Positions 21,175-30,661 of a stretch of DNA of 64,000 bases are shown here, piece by piece; position 1 is the first letter of the stretch, and each line of letters starts with the position of its first letter. The notes beneath the pieces are model-generated. The model saw only the letters and a list, made by a program, of their open reading frames with translations. It was not told the DNA's origin and ran no database searches. The DNA is from Moraxellaceae bacterium UBA2031. Lineage in GTDB: Bacteria; Pseudomonadota; Gammaproteobacteria; Pseudomonadales; Moraxellaceae. The DNA lies in NCBI GenBank assembly GCA_002333145.1, contig DDBN01000081.1, positions 27,331-91,330 on the forward strand, written 5' to 3'. Both the position numbers and the translations under genes were made by a program.

Positions 21175-22629
21175 TTATTTCTTCTTGAATCCGGGAGGCA
21201 GACCCACTCCACCCGTGCCTGGTAGTCCGCCCATGCCACCTGCTCCACCCATACCGGGTGGCATACCGCCTCCGCCCTGCCCCATCATTCCCTTCATGCC
21301 GCGCATCATCTTCATCATGCCGGAAGGAGAAGACATCTTTTTCATCATCTTTTCCATCTGGGTGTGCTGCTTGAGCACACGATTCACGTCCTGAATCTGG
21401 GTACCAGAGCCGGCGGCAATACGACGCTTACGCGACCCATTAATCAGGTCTGGTTTGTGGCGCTCGGCCATGGTCATGGAAAGAATGATGGCTTCCATCC
21501 GCTTCATTTCTTTTTCAGGCGCCCCTCCGGCCAATGCCTGCTGAACCTGAGCACTGTTCATGCCCGGCAGCTTGTCGAGCAGGCCACCCATGCCACCCAG
21601 ATTGCGCATTTGCTGGAACTGCTCAAGCAGGTCCTGCAGATCAAAGCCCTTTCCCTTCTTAAGCTTATTGGCCAGTTTCTCGGCCTTGTCTTTGTCCAGC
21701 TTACGTTCGACTTCTTCGACCAGCGAGAGCACATCGCCCATGCCCAAAATACGGGAAGCCACACGATCGGGATGGAAGGGCTCTAGCGCATCGGACTTTT
21801 CACCCATACCAAGAAACTTGATGGGCTTGCCGGTAATCATGCGCACGGACAACGCCGCACCACCGCGGGCATCACCATCGGTCTTGGTGAGGATCACGCC
21901 GGTCAGCGGCAAGGCATCATTAAATGCCTTGGCCGTATTGGCCGCATCCTGGCCCGTCATGGCATCCACCACGAACAGGGTTTCGACCGGGTTGATCGCC
22001 GCATGCAGCGACTTGATTTCGCCCATCATCTCTTCATCAATATGAAGACGACCGGCAGTATCGATGATGACGACATCGGCAAACTTCAGCTTCCCTTCGG
22101 CGATGGCACCACGGGCAATGTCATTCGGGTGCTGATCAGGCGTCGAAGGGAAGAAAATGGCACCGACATCGGCGGCAACCATCTCCAGCTGCCTGATAGC
22201 GGCAGGGCGGTAAATGTCGGCCGAGACCACCAGCACCTTTTTCTTCTCACGCTCCTGTAAATATTTCGCCAGCTTGCCCACCGTGGTGGTTTTACCGGCA
22301 CCCTGCAGACCAGCCATCAGGATGACTGCTGGCGGCGTGGTCGCAAGGTTCAGGGATTCATTGGCATCGCCCATGGTGCGCACGAGCTCGTCGTGCACGA
22401 TCTTTACAAAGGCCTGGCCTGGTGACAGGGCCTGCATGACCTCCTGCCCCAGTGCCTGTTCACGGATACGGTCAATGAAGTCCTTGACCACCGGAAGGGC
22501 GACATCCGCCTCCAGTAGAGCCATGCGAACTTCCCGCAGGGTGTCCTTGATGTTGTCCTCGGTCAGACGACCGGAGCCCGTGACATTGCGAAGGCTGTGA
22601 CTGAGGCGATCGGTGAGGTTATCGAACAT
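21175..22629 (-). CDS. ffh: signal recognition particle protein Ffh
   Basis: NG domain (GLQGAGKTTT, DTAGRL, TKTDGDARGG) and a Met-rich M domain with a Gly/Met-rich tail. Start at MFDNLTDRLS (22629). Confidence 0.96.
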   Translation of the reverse strand: MFDNLTDRLSHSLRNVTGSGRLTEDNIKDTLREVRMALLEADVALPVVKDFIDRIREQALGQEVMQALSPGQAFVKIVHDELVRTMGDANESLNLATTPPAVILMAGLQGAGKTTTVGKLAKYLQEREKKKVLVVSADIYRPAAIRQLEMVAADVGAIFFPSTPDQHPNDIARGAIAEGKLKFADVVIIDTAGRLHIDEEMMGEIKSLHAAINPVETLFVVDAMTGQDAANTAKAFNDALPLTGVILTKTDGDARGGAALSVRMITGKPIKFLGMGEKSDALEPFHPDRVASRILGMGDVLSLVEEVERKLDKDKAEKLANKLKKGKGFDLQDLLEQFQQMRNLGGMGGLLDKLPGMNSAQVQQALAGGAPEKEMKRMEAIILSMTMAERHKPDLINGSRKRRIAAGSGTQIQDVNRVLKQHTQMEKMMKKMSSPSGMMKMMRGMKGMMGQGGGGMPPGMGGAGGMGGLPGTGGVGLPPGFKKK

Positions 22630-22785
22630 CGGGAACATCCGCTTAGAGTGAAACAGGGGACCGATTATAGGGAAGGCGTGGCGTGCTGTCGCCTCATGAG
22701 CATGTCTTACCCCCCAGTTCAGGGGATTGGGTTACCCGGACAGCCTTGCTAGCGTGACAGCCATACTACCGAAGGAGTCCGGGAC

Positions 22786-24837
22786 ATGCGCCACCACACA
22801 TATGCCTCATTATTTGCATTTACCTTGCTGACCGCCGGCCTTACCGGGTGTGGCAGCGACGACAATCCAGTAACAGGAGGTGGAGGTGGAGGAACGACCA
22901 CAGCCACCGCTACAGTTACCCCATCACTAGGCAAGGTATTCAATGCAGGCATTGAGGCACGTTGCATGCCAACAGGTGTCGTCATGGGGTCGGGGGATAC
23001 CGGAGCAACTGGCAGCATCGCCATCACACTGACCGGGACTTGCTCAGGCCCCGTCATCGTTGAGCTGGTACCCAATGGCTCTTCCACTTATTTTGATGAG
23101 GCCTTGGGCAGCATTGTTGCCTTGCCAATTGGCACAACCCTTCGCGCTATCGTGCCCTCATTTACAGGCAGCTCACTCGCTGTTGCCGTCACGCCATTAA
23201 CCGAAATCGCTACACAGCAGGCGCTGACGACTGCCGGGAACATTGAGACCTCCGTCACTACAGCCCAGGCAACAACCGCCAACAGTAATGTTGTTACCCA
23301 GGTACTGGGTGCAGGCGTGACTCTCGACATTCTCACACCACCGACAGGATGGGACGCAAGCACCGCGGCAGGCAGTCTGGGAACAAGCGAGGCAGATCGT
23401 TATGCCTACTATCTCGCCTCCCTGGCACGCATGGGCGGAACTACCGGAACGCCAGCAGTCATTGTCACGGAGACCCTGGCGAACGACCTTGCCGATGGCA
23501 CATTGAGTGGCGGCACAAGCGGTACATTCACTTACACCAGTGGTGACTTCACCACACAACTGGATAGCGCCATCAATGCGATGGCCAGCTATGCGACCCC
23601 TGAGCTGCAGTCTGCCGTGGGAGTCATTGCAGCGAATATCACGGGCTTTTCACCCGACAGCGGCGCAGTTGACAGTACAGTCACCATTAGTGGCGCTGGC
23701 TTTGACAGCGACCTGTTCCACATGGTGGTGACATTCAGCAACGGCGTTGCAGCAGAAATAGTCAGCTCCTCTGCAACGGAAATCGTCGTAAAAGTGCCTG
23801 CAGGGGCTGTCAACGGCCCGATCACTGTGACAAACACCATCAGCAACACAACATCGACATCAACCGGCAGCTTCACGGTAACAGGCGGCGGCAGTACCCC
23901 AGGCACATGGACGGCACGCACCACACCCAGCAGCTATGTGCTCTACAGCATCGCTCATGGCAGTGGTGTCTTTGTCACCGGAGGCTATAACCGGACGATC
24001 CTGACCTCAACTGACGGGGTATCCTGGACCGCACGAACGGCACCTGACAGCAATTTTTATCAGATCAACTCGATCACCCATGATGGTAGCCAGTTTGTGC
24101 TGGTCGGGGACTCGTCCAGCTACACGACGATTGCACCTGTCATTGCCACATCCTCCGATGGTGTGACATGGACTCGCCGCAACTGGACCAACAGCGGCAG
24201 CGAGACCCAGCTGGTAGACATTGCGGCCAGTGGCAGCAGGCTGACGGCTGTAGGAATCAATGGCACCATCATTACGTCTACAGACGGTGGTGCAACCTGG
24301 AGCAATGAAGCCCTGCCTTCGCTCTCGGTAGGCTATATCTCGGCTCTCAATGGTGTCGCGGGAAACAGCACCACGCGTATCGCCGTCGGCAAGGACAGCT
24401 CATCAAGAGGCGTCATCATCATCAACAGTGGATCTGGATGGACAACCGCAGCCACCGCGCTGACCGACTTCATTCCACGCGATGTAATATGGACCGGAAC
24501 ACAGTTTGTCGCAGTTGGCGCCTCCTCCGTCAATTTTGGAGCCAACTCGGTGGTCATGACATCGCCTGACGGCTCCACCTGGACCAACCAGACGATTCCG
24601 ACTACCGCTGCGCCAGCCGGCTACAACCTGAGTGACGTTGCCTGGAATGGCAGCAAGCTCTTTGCCGCAGGTGGCAATGACGGCTCATCGCGGGTGATTA
24701 TCTCGTCAGCTGATGGCATTACGTGGATACAGGAGCACCTCGCTACGCTTACAGGCCAGACCGCACTGTCGGGTGTAGCGGCGTCCTCCTCCCTCGTCAT
24801 CGCTGTGGGTGGCACCAGGGCCGTTACCAACCCTTGA
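22786..24837 (+). CDS. large lipoprotein: Thr/Gly-rich N-region, IPT/TIG domain, Asp-box (BNR) beta-propeller
   Basis: Lipobox LTGC at residues 19-22, followed by a G6/T-rich linker. IPT/TIG-like segment ITGFSPDSGAVDSTVTISGAGF...GPITVTNT. At least five SxDxGxTW Asp-box repeats (TSTDGVSWT, SSDGVTWT, TSTDGGATWS, TSPDGSTWT, SSADGITWI). AAGGAG RBS. Confidence 0.8.
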   Translation: MRHHTYASLFAFTLLTAGLTGCGSDDNPVTGGGGGGTTTATATVTPSLGKVFNAGIEARCMPTGVVMGSGDTGATGSIAITLTGTCSGPVIVELVPNGSSTYFDEALGSIVALPIGTTLRAIVPSFTGSSLAVAVTPLTEIATQQALTTAGNIETSVTTAQATTANSNVVTQVLGAGVTLDILTPPTGWDASTAAGSLGTSEADRYAYYLASLARMGGTTGTPAVIVTETLANDLADGTLSGGTSGTFTYTSGDFTTQLDSAINAMASYATPELQSAVGVIAANITGFSPDSGAVDSTVTISGAGFDSDLFHMVVTFSNGVAAEIVSSSATEIVVKVPAGAVNGPITVTNTISNTTSTSTGSFTVTGGGSTPGTWTARTTPSSYVLYSIAHGSGVFVTGGYNRTILTSTDGVSWTARTAPDSNFYQINSITHDGSQFVLVGDSSSYTTIAPVIATSSDGVTWTRRNWTNSGSETQLVDIAASGSRLTAVGINGTIITSTDGGATWSNEALPSLSVGYISALNGVAGNSTTRIAVGKDSSSRGVIIINSGSGWTTAATALTDFIPRDVIWTGTQFVAVGASSVNFGANSVVMTSPDGSTWTNQTIPTTAAPAGYNLSDVAWNGSKLFAAGGNDGSSRVIISSADGITWIQEHLATLTGQTALSGVAASSSLVIAVGGTRAVTNP

Positions 24838-24853
24838 GCAGTACTCACCCTTG

Positions 24854-24887
24854 AAAACGGGCAGGCGTAAGCCTGCCCGTTTTTTTA
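24854..24887 (+). terminator. strong rho-independent terminator after lipoprotein gene
   Basis: ACGGGCAGGC-GTAA-GCCTGCCCGT (10-bp perfect stem) followed by T7. Confidence 0.85.
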
Positions 24888-24988
24888 TGTTCGTAGCGGC
24901 AAACTCTCCAACCCTTCCAGTTGAACAGGGCGATCAATTCGGCCCACCTGGCCGACCCAGCAGTCTACGCACTGTTAGCGAATATTTT

Positions 24989-25017
24989 TCGACAGCGTCG
25001 ATTTCATCAGCAATACT
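24989..25017 (+). promoter_or_regulatory. candidate sigma70 promoter of yfiR-like operon
   Basis: TCGACA-N17-AATACT, about 50 nt upstream of ATG 25068. By-eye match only. Confidence 0.25.
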
Positions 25018-25067
25018 TGAGGGTAGTCGGACAACAGAATCCGGTAGAGGCACGAAGGAATGGCTTC

Positions 25068-25601
25068 ATGAGGCATTGTCCTCTACAGAAATTGGCAAGG
25101 ATCGTTCTGCACGGCCTGATCGGCTTGTTGGCAGCGGCTGTTGTTCATGCCGAAAACTCAGAGGCCGACATCAAGGCGGCCTTCATCTACAACTTCGCCA
25201 AGTTTGTGGAGTGGCCGGAAGGCACTTTTACTGACAGCAAGGACAGACTCCTGCTGTGCACACAGGGTGACACTGTACTTGCCCGGAAACTTCGCCTTCT
25301 GGCGGGACGAGAGGCACAGGGACGGACCATAGAAGTTCGGCCACTAACAGGAGCCGAAGCCACAACCGGCTGCCACATCCTGCTGACACCATCCGCAGGT
25401 GAAGTCCCGGCCCAGGGTCGCAATCCCACACTAACCATCAGCGAGTCCACCAGCACGGCACGCACGAACAGCATGATCAACCTGTTTGTCGATGCCAATC
25501 GTGTCCAGTTTTCCGTCAACCTGCCTGCCACTCAACAGGCAGGCATAAAAGTCAGTGCGCGACTGCTACAACTCGCACGCACCGTGAACAAGGGGGCCTG
25601 A
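25068..25601 (+). CDS. YfiR-like (DUF4154) periplasmic protein
   Basis: 177 aa from ATG 25068 (GAAGGAA RBS). Signal peptide ...LLAAAVVHA. Hallmark [16 protein letters not shown] and two Cys ([15 protein letters not shown]), as expected for the family. Confidence 0.8.
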   Translation: MRHCPLQKLARIVLHGLIGLLAAAVVHAENSEADIKAAFIYNFAKFVEWPEGTFTDSKDRLLLCTQGDTVLARKLRLLAGREAQGRTIEVRPLTGAEATTGCHILLTPSAGEVPAQGRNPTLTISESTSTARTNSMINLFVDANRVQFSVNLPATQQAGIKVSARLLQLARTVNKGA

Positions 25602-25602
25602 C

Positions 25603-27537
25603 ATGCGCCTTCTTGAAAAGCTTCCATTACAGAAAAAGTTTCTCAGCGTCATTTTGCTCACTGCAGGAACAGCATTGCTACTGGCCTGGCTTGCATTTGC
25701 ACTGACTGCCGCCCTGAAAATGAAGGAAGACCTTCATGCCCGTCTGAGCACGCTCACAAATGCAACAGCATTTAACCTGCAGGCCGCAATGGCCTTTAAG
25801 GACCAAGGCGAAGCCCGCACCATCCTGTACTCTCTCAAAGCAGAGAACAGCATAACAAATGCCTGCATATTTGATCGAGCCCAATCCGGATTTGTCAGCA
25901 TAAGGCTCTCTGGTAATGACAATGACTGCACTCTTTCCCAATATGACCAAAGCTTTTTTACACAACACATCCACGCAAATCAGCCCATAACGCTTGACGG
26001 GGAAATACTCGGCCACCTCCACATAGATGCAGACCTCGGTTATCACTGGCAGATGTTGGCCCTGTATCTCCTTGTCATGGCCGTCCTTGCACTGGCCTCT
26101 CTTGCCTTGGCCACAGCCCTTGGCATGCGTCTGCTAAGTCAGGTCACTACCCCAATTTTACAGCTTGCCGCCACTGCCGAGAATATTTCAAAAAACCAGG
26201 ACTACACCGTGCGTGCCAACGTTTGGAGCAAGGATGAAATAGGAACCCTGGTACACAGTTTCAATGAAATGCTGGCACAGATTGAAGCCCGTGACGCAGA
26301 ACTGGCACGCCATCGTGAAGGACTTGAACAACTCATTGAAGCCCGAACAAGCGAACTGCGTCATGCAAAAGATGCAGCAGAAGCAGCAAGCCGCGCCAAG
26401 TCCCTTTTCCTGGCCATGATGAGTCATGAAATACGAACCCCCATGAACGGGGTACTAGGCATGACAGAGTTACTCTTAGACAGCCCGATGAGTGCAGAGC
26501 AACGCCGACAGGCTGAGGCTGTACATCATTCTGGCGAGTCACTGCTTGCAATCATCAATGACATTCTCGACTTTTCAAAAATTGAAGCCGGAAAGCTTGA
26601 ACTGGAAAACATTCCGTTCATGCCTTCTCAGGTTGTACATGATGTACTTGAGCTTTTATCCGAACGTGCCCACAACAAAAACCTTGTACTTCAATGCACG
26701 ATTGACCCCGATGTTCCATCCGAAGTACGAGGCGACCCCAACAGGATACGGCAGATCCTGATCAACCTAACGGGTAATGCCATAAAGTTTACAGAGACAG
26801 GGAACATCCATGTTTCATTGCACTGTGAAGACCGTAATGAAACAAATATTGGATTGCGTATTGAGGTTTGCGATACGGGCATCGGTGTAACCCAGGATGC
26901 CCTTGACTCCCTCTTCCAGCCATTTATTCAGGCCGACAGCTCTCATGCGCGCCGTTTCGGCGGTACCGGTCTTGGTCTTGCCATCGTCAAACAACTTGTG
27001 GAAATCATGGGTGGCCACATCGAAGTACGGTCACGAATTGGTGGGGGCACCTGTTTTTCTTTCAGGCTCAACCTTCAGCCCACCCAGACAGTATCACCAA
27101 CATCAAATAATCAAGCAGCGCTCCCTTCCTCAGCGAAACACAAAGATCTTCAAGGCATAAAGATACTGCTGGCTGAAGACACACCAACCAATCAGGAAGT
27201 GGCCCGTGCCATGCTTAAGCGCCTTGGCTGCACGGTTGATGTTGTCTGTAATGGCAGGGAAGCATTGCAATATCTTTCCTCTCAGCATTACGACATTGTT
27301 TTGATGGATTGCCAGATGCCGGAAATTGACGGCTTTGAGGCAACACGCCAATTACGCCAAATGGAAAAACAGAATAGCTGGCGCCACACCCCGGTTATAG
27401 CAGTTACAGCAAGCATTCTTCGTGACGAACATGATGCCTGCATCAGCAGTGGAATGGATGATTTTCTGGCAAAGCCCTTCAAACAATCAGCACTGCATGA
27501 TGTCTTGCAGCGCTGGCGGCCGGAGCACCTAGAATGA
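25603..27537 (+). CDS. hybrid sensor histidine kinase (TM-periplasmic YfiN/CHASE8-like-TM-HAMP-HisKA-HATPase-REC)
   Basis: 644 aa. The ATG lies 1 nt after the yfiR-like stop. Two TM helices flank a periplasmic segment of about 150 aa. HAMP ([12 protein letters not shown]...[12 protein letters not shown]), H-box [13 protein letters not shown] boxes ([23 protein letters not shown]), receiver [14 protein letters not shown] ... KPF. Confidence 0.9.
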   Translation: MRLLEKLPLQKKFLSVILLTAGTALLLAWLAFALTAALKMKEDLHARLSTLTNATAFNLQAAMAFKDQGEARTILYSLKAENSITNACIFDRAQSGFVSIRLSGNDNDCTLSQYDQSFFTQHIHANQPITLDGEILGHLHIDADLGYHWQMLALYLLVMAVLALASLALATALGMRLLSQVTTPILQLAATAENISKNQDYTVRANVWSKDEIGTLVHSFNEMLAQIEARDAELARHREGLEQLIEARTSELRHAKDAAEAASRAKSLFLAMMSHEIRTPMNGVLGMTELLLDSPMSAEQRRQAEAVHHSGESLLAIINDILDFSKIEAGKLELENIPFMPSQVVHDVLELLSERAHNKNLVLQCTIDPDVPSEVRGDPNRIRQILINLTGNAIKFTETGNIHVSLHCEDRNETNIGLRIEVCDTGIGVTQDALDSLFQPFIQADSSHARRFGGTGLGLAIVKQLVEIMGGHIEVRSRIGGGTCFSFRLNLQPTQTVSPTSNNQAALPSSAKHKDLQGIKILLAEDTPTNQEVARAMLKRLGCTVDVVCNGREALQYLSSQHYDIVLMDCQMPEIDGFEATRQLRQMEKQNSWRHTPVIAVTASILRDEHDACISSGMDDFLAKPFKQSALHDVLQRWRPEHLE

Positions 27538-29678
27538 AAAAATGCAAGGAAACCCTGTTGAGAGGGAAAGGCAAAATGCACATGAACCGCTCATGGATAG
27601 GCTACATTCTGCTGTGTACCGCCACCCAACAGGCAATCGCAGAAGAGGACTTGTTCGCACTGCCTCTGGAAGAGCTGTCCCGACTCGAAGTAAGCATTGC
27701 CACCGGCACACCAAAACCGATTACATCAGCACCCGCAATTGCCAGTGTCATCACTGCCCATGATATTGAAGCAATGGGCGCACAGGACCTGGATACAGTC
27801 CTGGAAATGGTACCGGGCCTTCATGTCTCGCATGGCGGCTTCATTTATGCGTCGCGATACTTCATGCGAGGCATCGTCTCCACCTATAACCCGCACACGC
27901 TTGTGCTCATCAATGGCATTCCCCAGACAAGCCTGTTCACGGGAGACCGGGGCGAACGACTGGTTGCCATGACCGGCTTACCTGTTCAGATGATCGAGCG
28001 CGTGGAGATCATTCGTGGCCCCGGCTCTGCCGTTTATGGTGCTGATGCCTTTGCCGGAGTCATCAACATCATCACCAAACGACCAGAGGACATGCAGGGT
28101 GGCCAGGCAACCCTCGCTTATGGCAGTTTCAACACCCCAAAAGCATCATTGCAACAGGCTGGCTCCATTGGCCCAGTACGTGCCCTCATTTCACTATCAT
28201 ATGCCAGCAGTGACGGTGATGACCCCGTCATCAATGCCGACTACCAGAGCAGCCTCGATGCACTTCTGGGTACCACTGCTTCCTACGCCCCAGGACCAGC
28301 CAATCTTGCCTGGAAGAATTTTGACGCCCGCACCGATTTCGTATGGAGCGATTTCCGGCTGCGCATGAGTCACCGGCGCAGCGAAGGAGAAACCGCACAG
28401 GGCATCAACGAGTCGCTGGACCCGGGAGCACGCTTCCCTCACCACCGGAGCAACGTCGACCTGACCTGGAGTGCCCCTGACATCCGCCAGAACTGGGATG
28501 TTGAAAGCCAGATCAGCTACCTGTACAGCGACTTCCGCAACCCTACGTCCATCCGGCAATTTCCTCCCGGTGCATTTGGCCAGTTCCCCGAAGGCGTACT
28601 GCAGACACCCGAGTTATCGGAAGAAAACGCCCGCATCCACCTCACTGCCCTTTACAAGGGTTGGAAAGAACATCAGGTGCGAATTGGTGGCGGCTACTAC
28701 TGGGGAGACATTTTCAAGACAACCGATGCGGTCAATTATGTTCTGCTACCGGGCAATCCGGTCCCCCAGCCGCGCCCGGGTGGACTGCAGGATGTCAGCG
28801 ACTCTCCGGAAGCCTTTCTGCCCGAAAACCAGCGAACCAACTCCCATGTTTTCGTGCAGGATGAGTGGCAGATGGCAACAGACTGGACCCTGACTGCCGG
28901 CCTTCGCCATGACCACTACTCCGACTTTGGTGGCGCCACCAATCCCCGCCTTGCCGTGGTCTGGAGCACAAGCCCGACACTCACCACCAAGCTGCTTTAT
29001 GGCGAGGCCTTTCGTGCACCTGCCTTTTTTGAGCTCTACGCCACGAACAACCCCGTCGCACTTGGCAACCCCGACCTTGAACCGGAAAAACTTGAAAGTC
29101 TGGAAGCCGGGTTTTCATGGCGCCCTCACGAGTCATGGACATGGGACATCAACTTCTACCACTTCCATATCAATGACTTTATCGACTTCGTAAGTGATCC
29201 TGGCAACAGCACCTTTACTGCCCGCAATACCGGCACCATTGAAGGCACAGGACTGGAAACCGAACTGCGCCACGACTGGAGCAGCACTCTCCAGATACTG
29301 GCCAATTACAGCCATCAGCAAACCCGGGAAGAAATCACTGGCGCCCCACTGGGGCTGGCACCCAGTGCTGATGCCAGTCTCCGCATGATCTGGGAGTTTC
29401 TGCCACAATGGCAGCTGACCCCGCAATTTGTATGGGTTAGCGAAAGCAAACGACAGGCCGGTGACTCACGGGCACCGATGGATGGCTACACAACGCTTGA
29501 CCTGACAGCGCGCAAGCTATGGCCCCGAGGCAGTCTGAGCCTGACAGGACGCAACCTGTTTGATGCCAATGTGCAAGAAGCCAGCAGAGGCCCTGAAACC
29601 AGCACGGTCGCGCCTATTCCTGGTGATCTGCCGCAGGCAGGCCGAAGTCTGACCCTGGAGGCAACCCTTAACTGGTAA
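27534..29678 (+). CDS. TonB-dependent outer-membrane receptor
   Basis: The ATG at 27534 overlaps the kinase stop (ATGA); alternative starts are at 27576 and 27582 (MHMNRSW...). Signal peptide, plug ([48 protein letters not shown]), a long barrel, and a terminal aromatic residue (LEATLNW). No STN/FecA-type N-terminal extension. Confidence 0.9.
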   Translation: MKKCKETLLRGKGKMHMNRSWIGYILLCTATQQAIAEEDLFALPLEELSRLEVSIATGTPKPITSAPAIASVITAHDIEAMGAQDLDTVLEMVPGLHVSHGGFIYASRYFMRGIVSTYNPHTLVLINGIPQTSLFTGDRGERLVAMTGLPVQMIERVEIIRGPGSAVYGADAFAGVINIITKRPEDMQGGQATLAYGSFNTPKASLQQAGSIGPVRALISLSYASSDGDDPVINADYQSSLDALLGTTASYAPGPANLAWKNFDARTDFVWSDFRLRMSHRRSEGETAQGINESLDPGARFPHHRSNVDLTWSAPDIRQNWDVESQISYLYSDFRNPTSIRQFPPGAFGQFPEGVLQTPELSEENARIHLTALYKGWKEHQVRIGGGYYWGDIFKTTDAVNYVLLPGNPVPQPRPGGLQDVSDSPEAFLPENQRTNSHVFVQDEWQMATDWTLTAGLRHDHYSDFGGATNPRLAVVWSTSPTLTTKLLYGEAFRAPAFFELYATNNPVALGNPDLEPEKLESLEAGFSWRPHESWTWDINFYHFHINDFIDFVSDPGNSTFTARNTGTIEGTGLETELRHDWSSTLQILANYSHQQTREEITGAPLGLAPSADASLRMIWEFLPQWQLTPQFVWVSESKRQAGDSRAPMDGYTTLDLTARKLWPRGSLSLTGRNLFDANVQEASRGPETSTVAPIPGDLPQAGRSLTLEATLNW

Positions 29679-29819
29679 TCATGCCCCCAGCAGGGAGGGG
29701 AGTAAGCACAGGGGGCCATTCCCTTCAAAATTTTCGCCCCTTGTGCCACACTGCCGGCTCGTCTCGGCAGCCATCGCCACCTTCTTCATCCTGCTACCGA
29801 AACAAGGAATCGTCGCATC

Positions 29820-30620
29820 ATGAATGCAACACTGGCCGGCATTGCAGCCGCCCTGTTGTACACCGTGGCCAGCGCCATGCTGGGCCGCCAACTGCTTCGT
29901 CGTGAAAAGCCACGCGCCCCGGTCATACAGGCGCTGGGTGGCCTTGCGCTGCCGTTGCACCTGATTTCCATTCATGCACAGATCTATCAGCCCACCGGAC
30001 TTGATCTTGGACTTTTCCATATAAGCTCGCTGGTGGGCTGGCTGATTGCTGCACTGGCCATCGGCATGAGCCTCTACAAACCCATCATCAGCATCACTGT
30101 TGCGGCATTCCCGCTGGCGATACTGGGCCTGACACTGTCACTGTTTGCTCCATCGACGTACACGCCCGGCAACCTCTCTCCGGGTGCCGAATCACACATA
30201 CTCCTCTCCATACTGGCGTACAGCGTGCTGACTATTGCTGCTGCACAGGCGCTTCTGGTTGCCGTTCAGGACAGGCACTTGCGCACTCACAAGCAGGGCC
30301 TGATGAATGCACTGCCTCCCCTGCAAACCATGGAAAGCCTGCTGTTCAGCCTGATCTGGACGGGTTTTTCTCTGCTGTCGTTGGCGATTCTGTCCGGCTT
30401 CCTGACACTGGATGATCTTTTTGCACAGCATTTGGTTCACAAGACGCTGCTGACACTGGCGGCGTGGGTCGTCTTTGCCACCCTGTTAACAGGGCGCTAC
30501 TTATTAGGCTGGCGCGGCAGTACCGCTATTCGTTTCACACTCTGGGGCTTTGGCCTGCTGCTGCTCGGATTTTATGGCAGCAAACTGGTCTTGGAGCTCA
30601 TCCTTCAGCGCGGTGCGTGA
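29820..30620 (+). CDS. ypjD: YpjD / CcsA-like cytochrome c assembly family inner-membrane protein
   Basis: 266 aa with 8 TM helices. It is followed by a corB/yfjD-like gene, as in the E. coli ffh-ypjD-yfjD neighbourhood. Confidence 0.8.
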   Translation: MNATLAGIAAALLYTVASAMLGRQLLRREKPRAPVIQALGGLALPLHLISIHAQIYQPTGLDLGLFHISSLVGWLIAALAIGMSLYKPIISITVAAFPLAILGLTLSLFAPSTYTPGNLSPGAESHILLSILAYSVLTIAAAQALLVAVQDRHLRTHKQGLMNALPPLQTMESLLFSLIWTGFSLLSLAILSGFLTLDDLFAQHLVHKTLLTLAAWVVFATLLTGRYLLGWRGSTAIRFTLWGFGLLLLGFYGSKLVLELILQRGA

Positions 30621-30661
30621 CGCTGACTGGCCCCTGCCCGTTAAACTCCTAATTCCTATTT

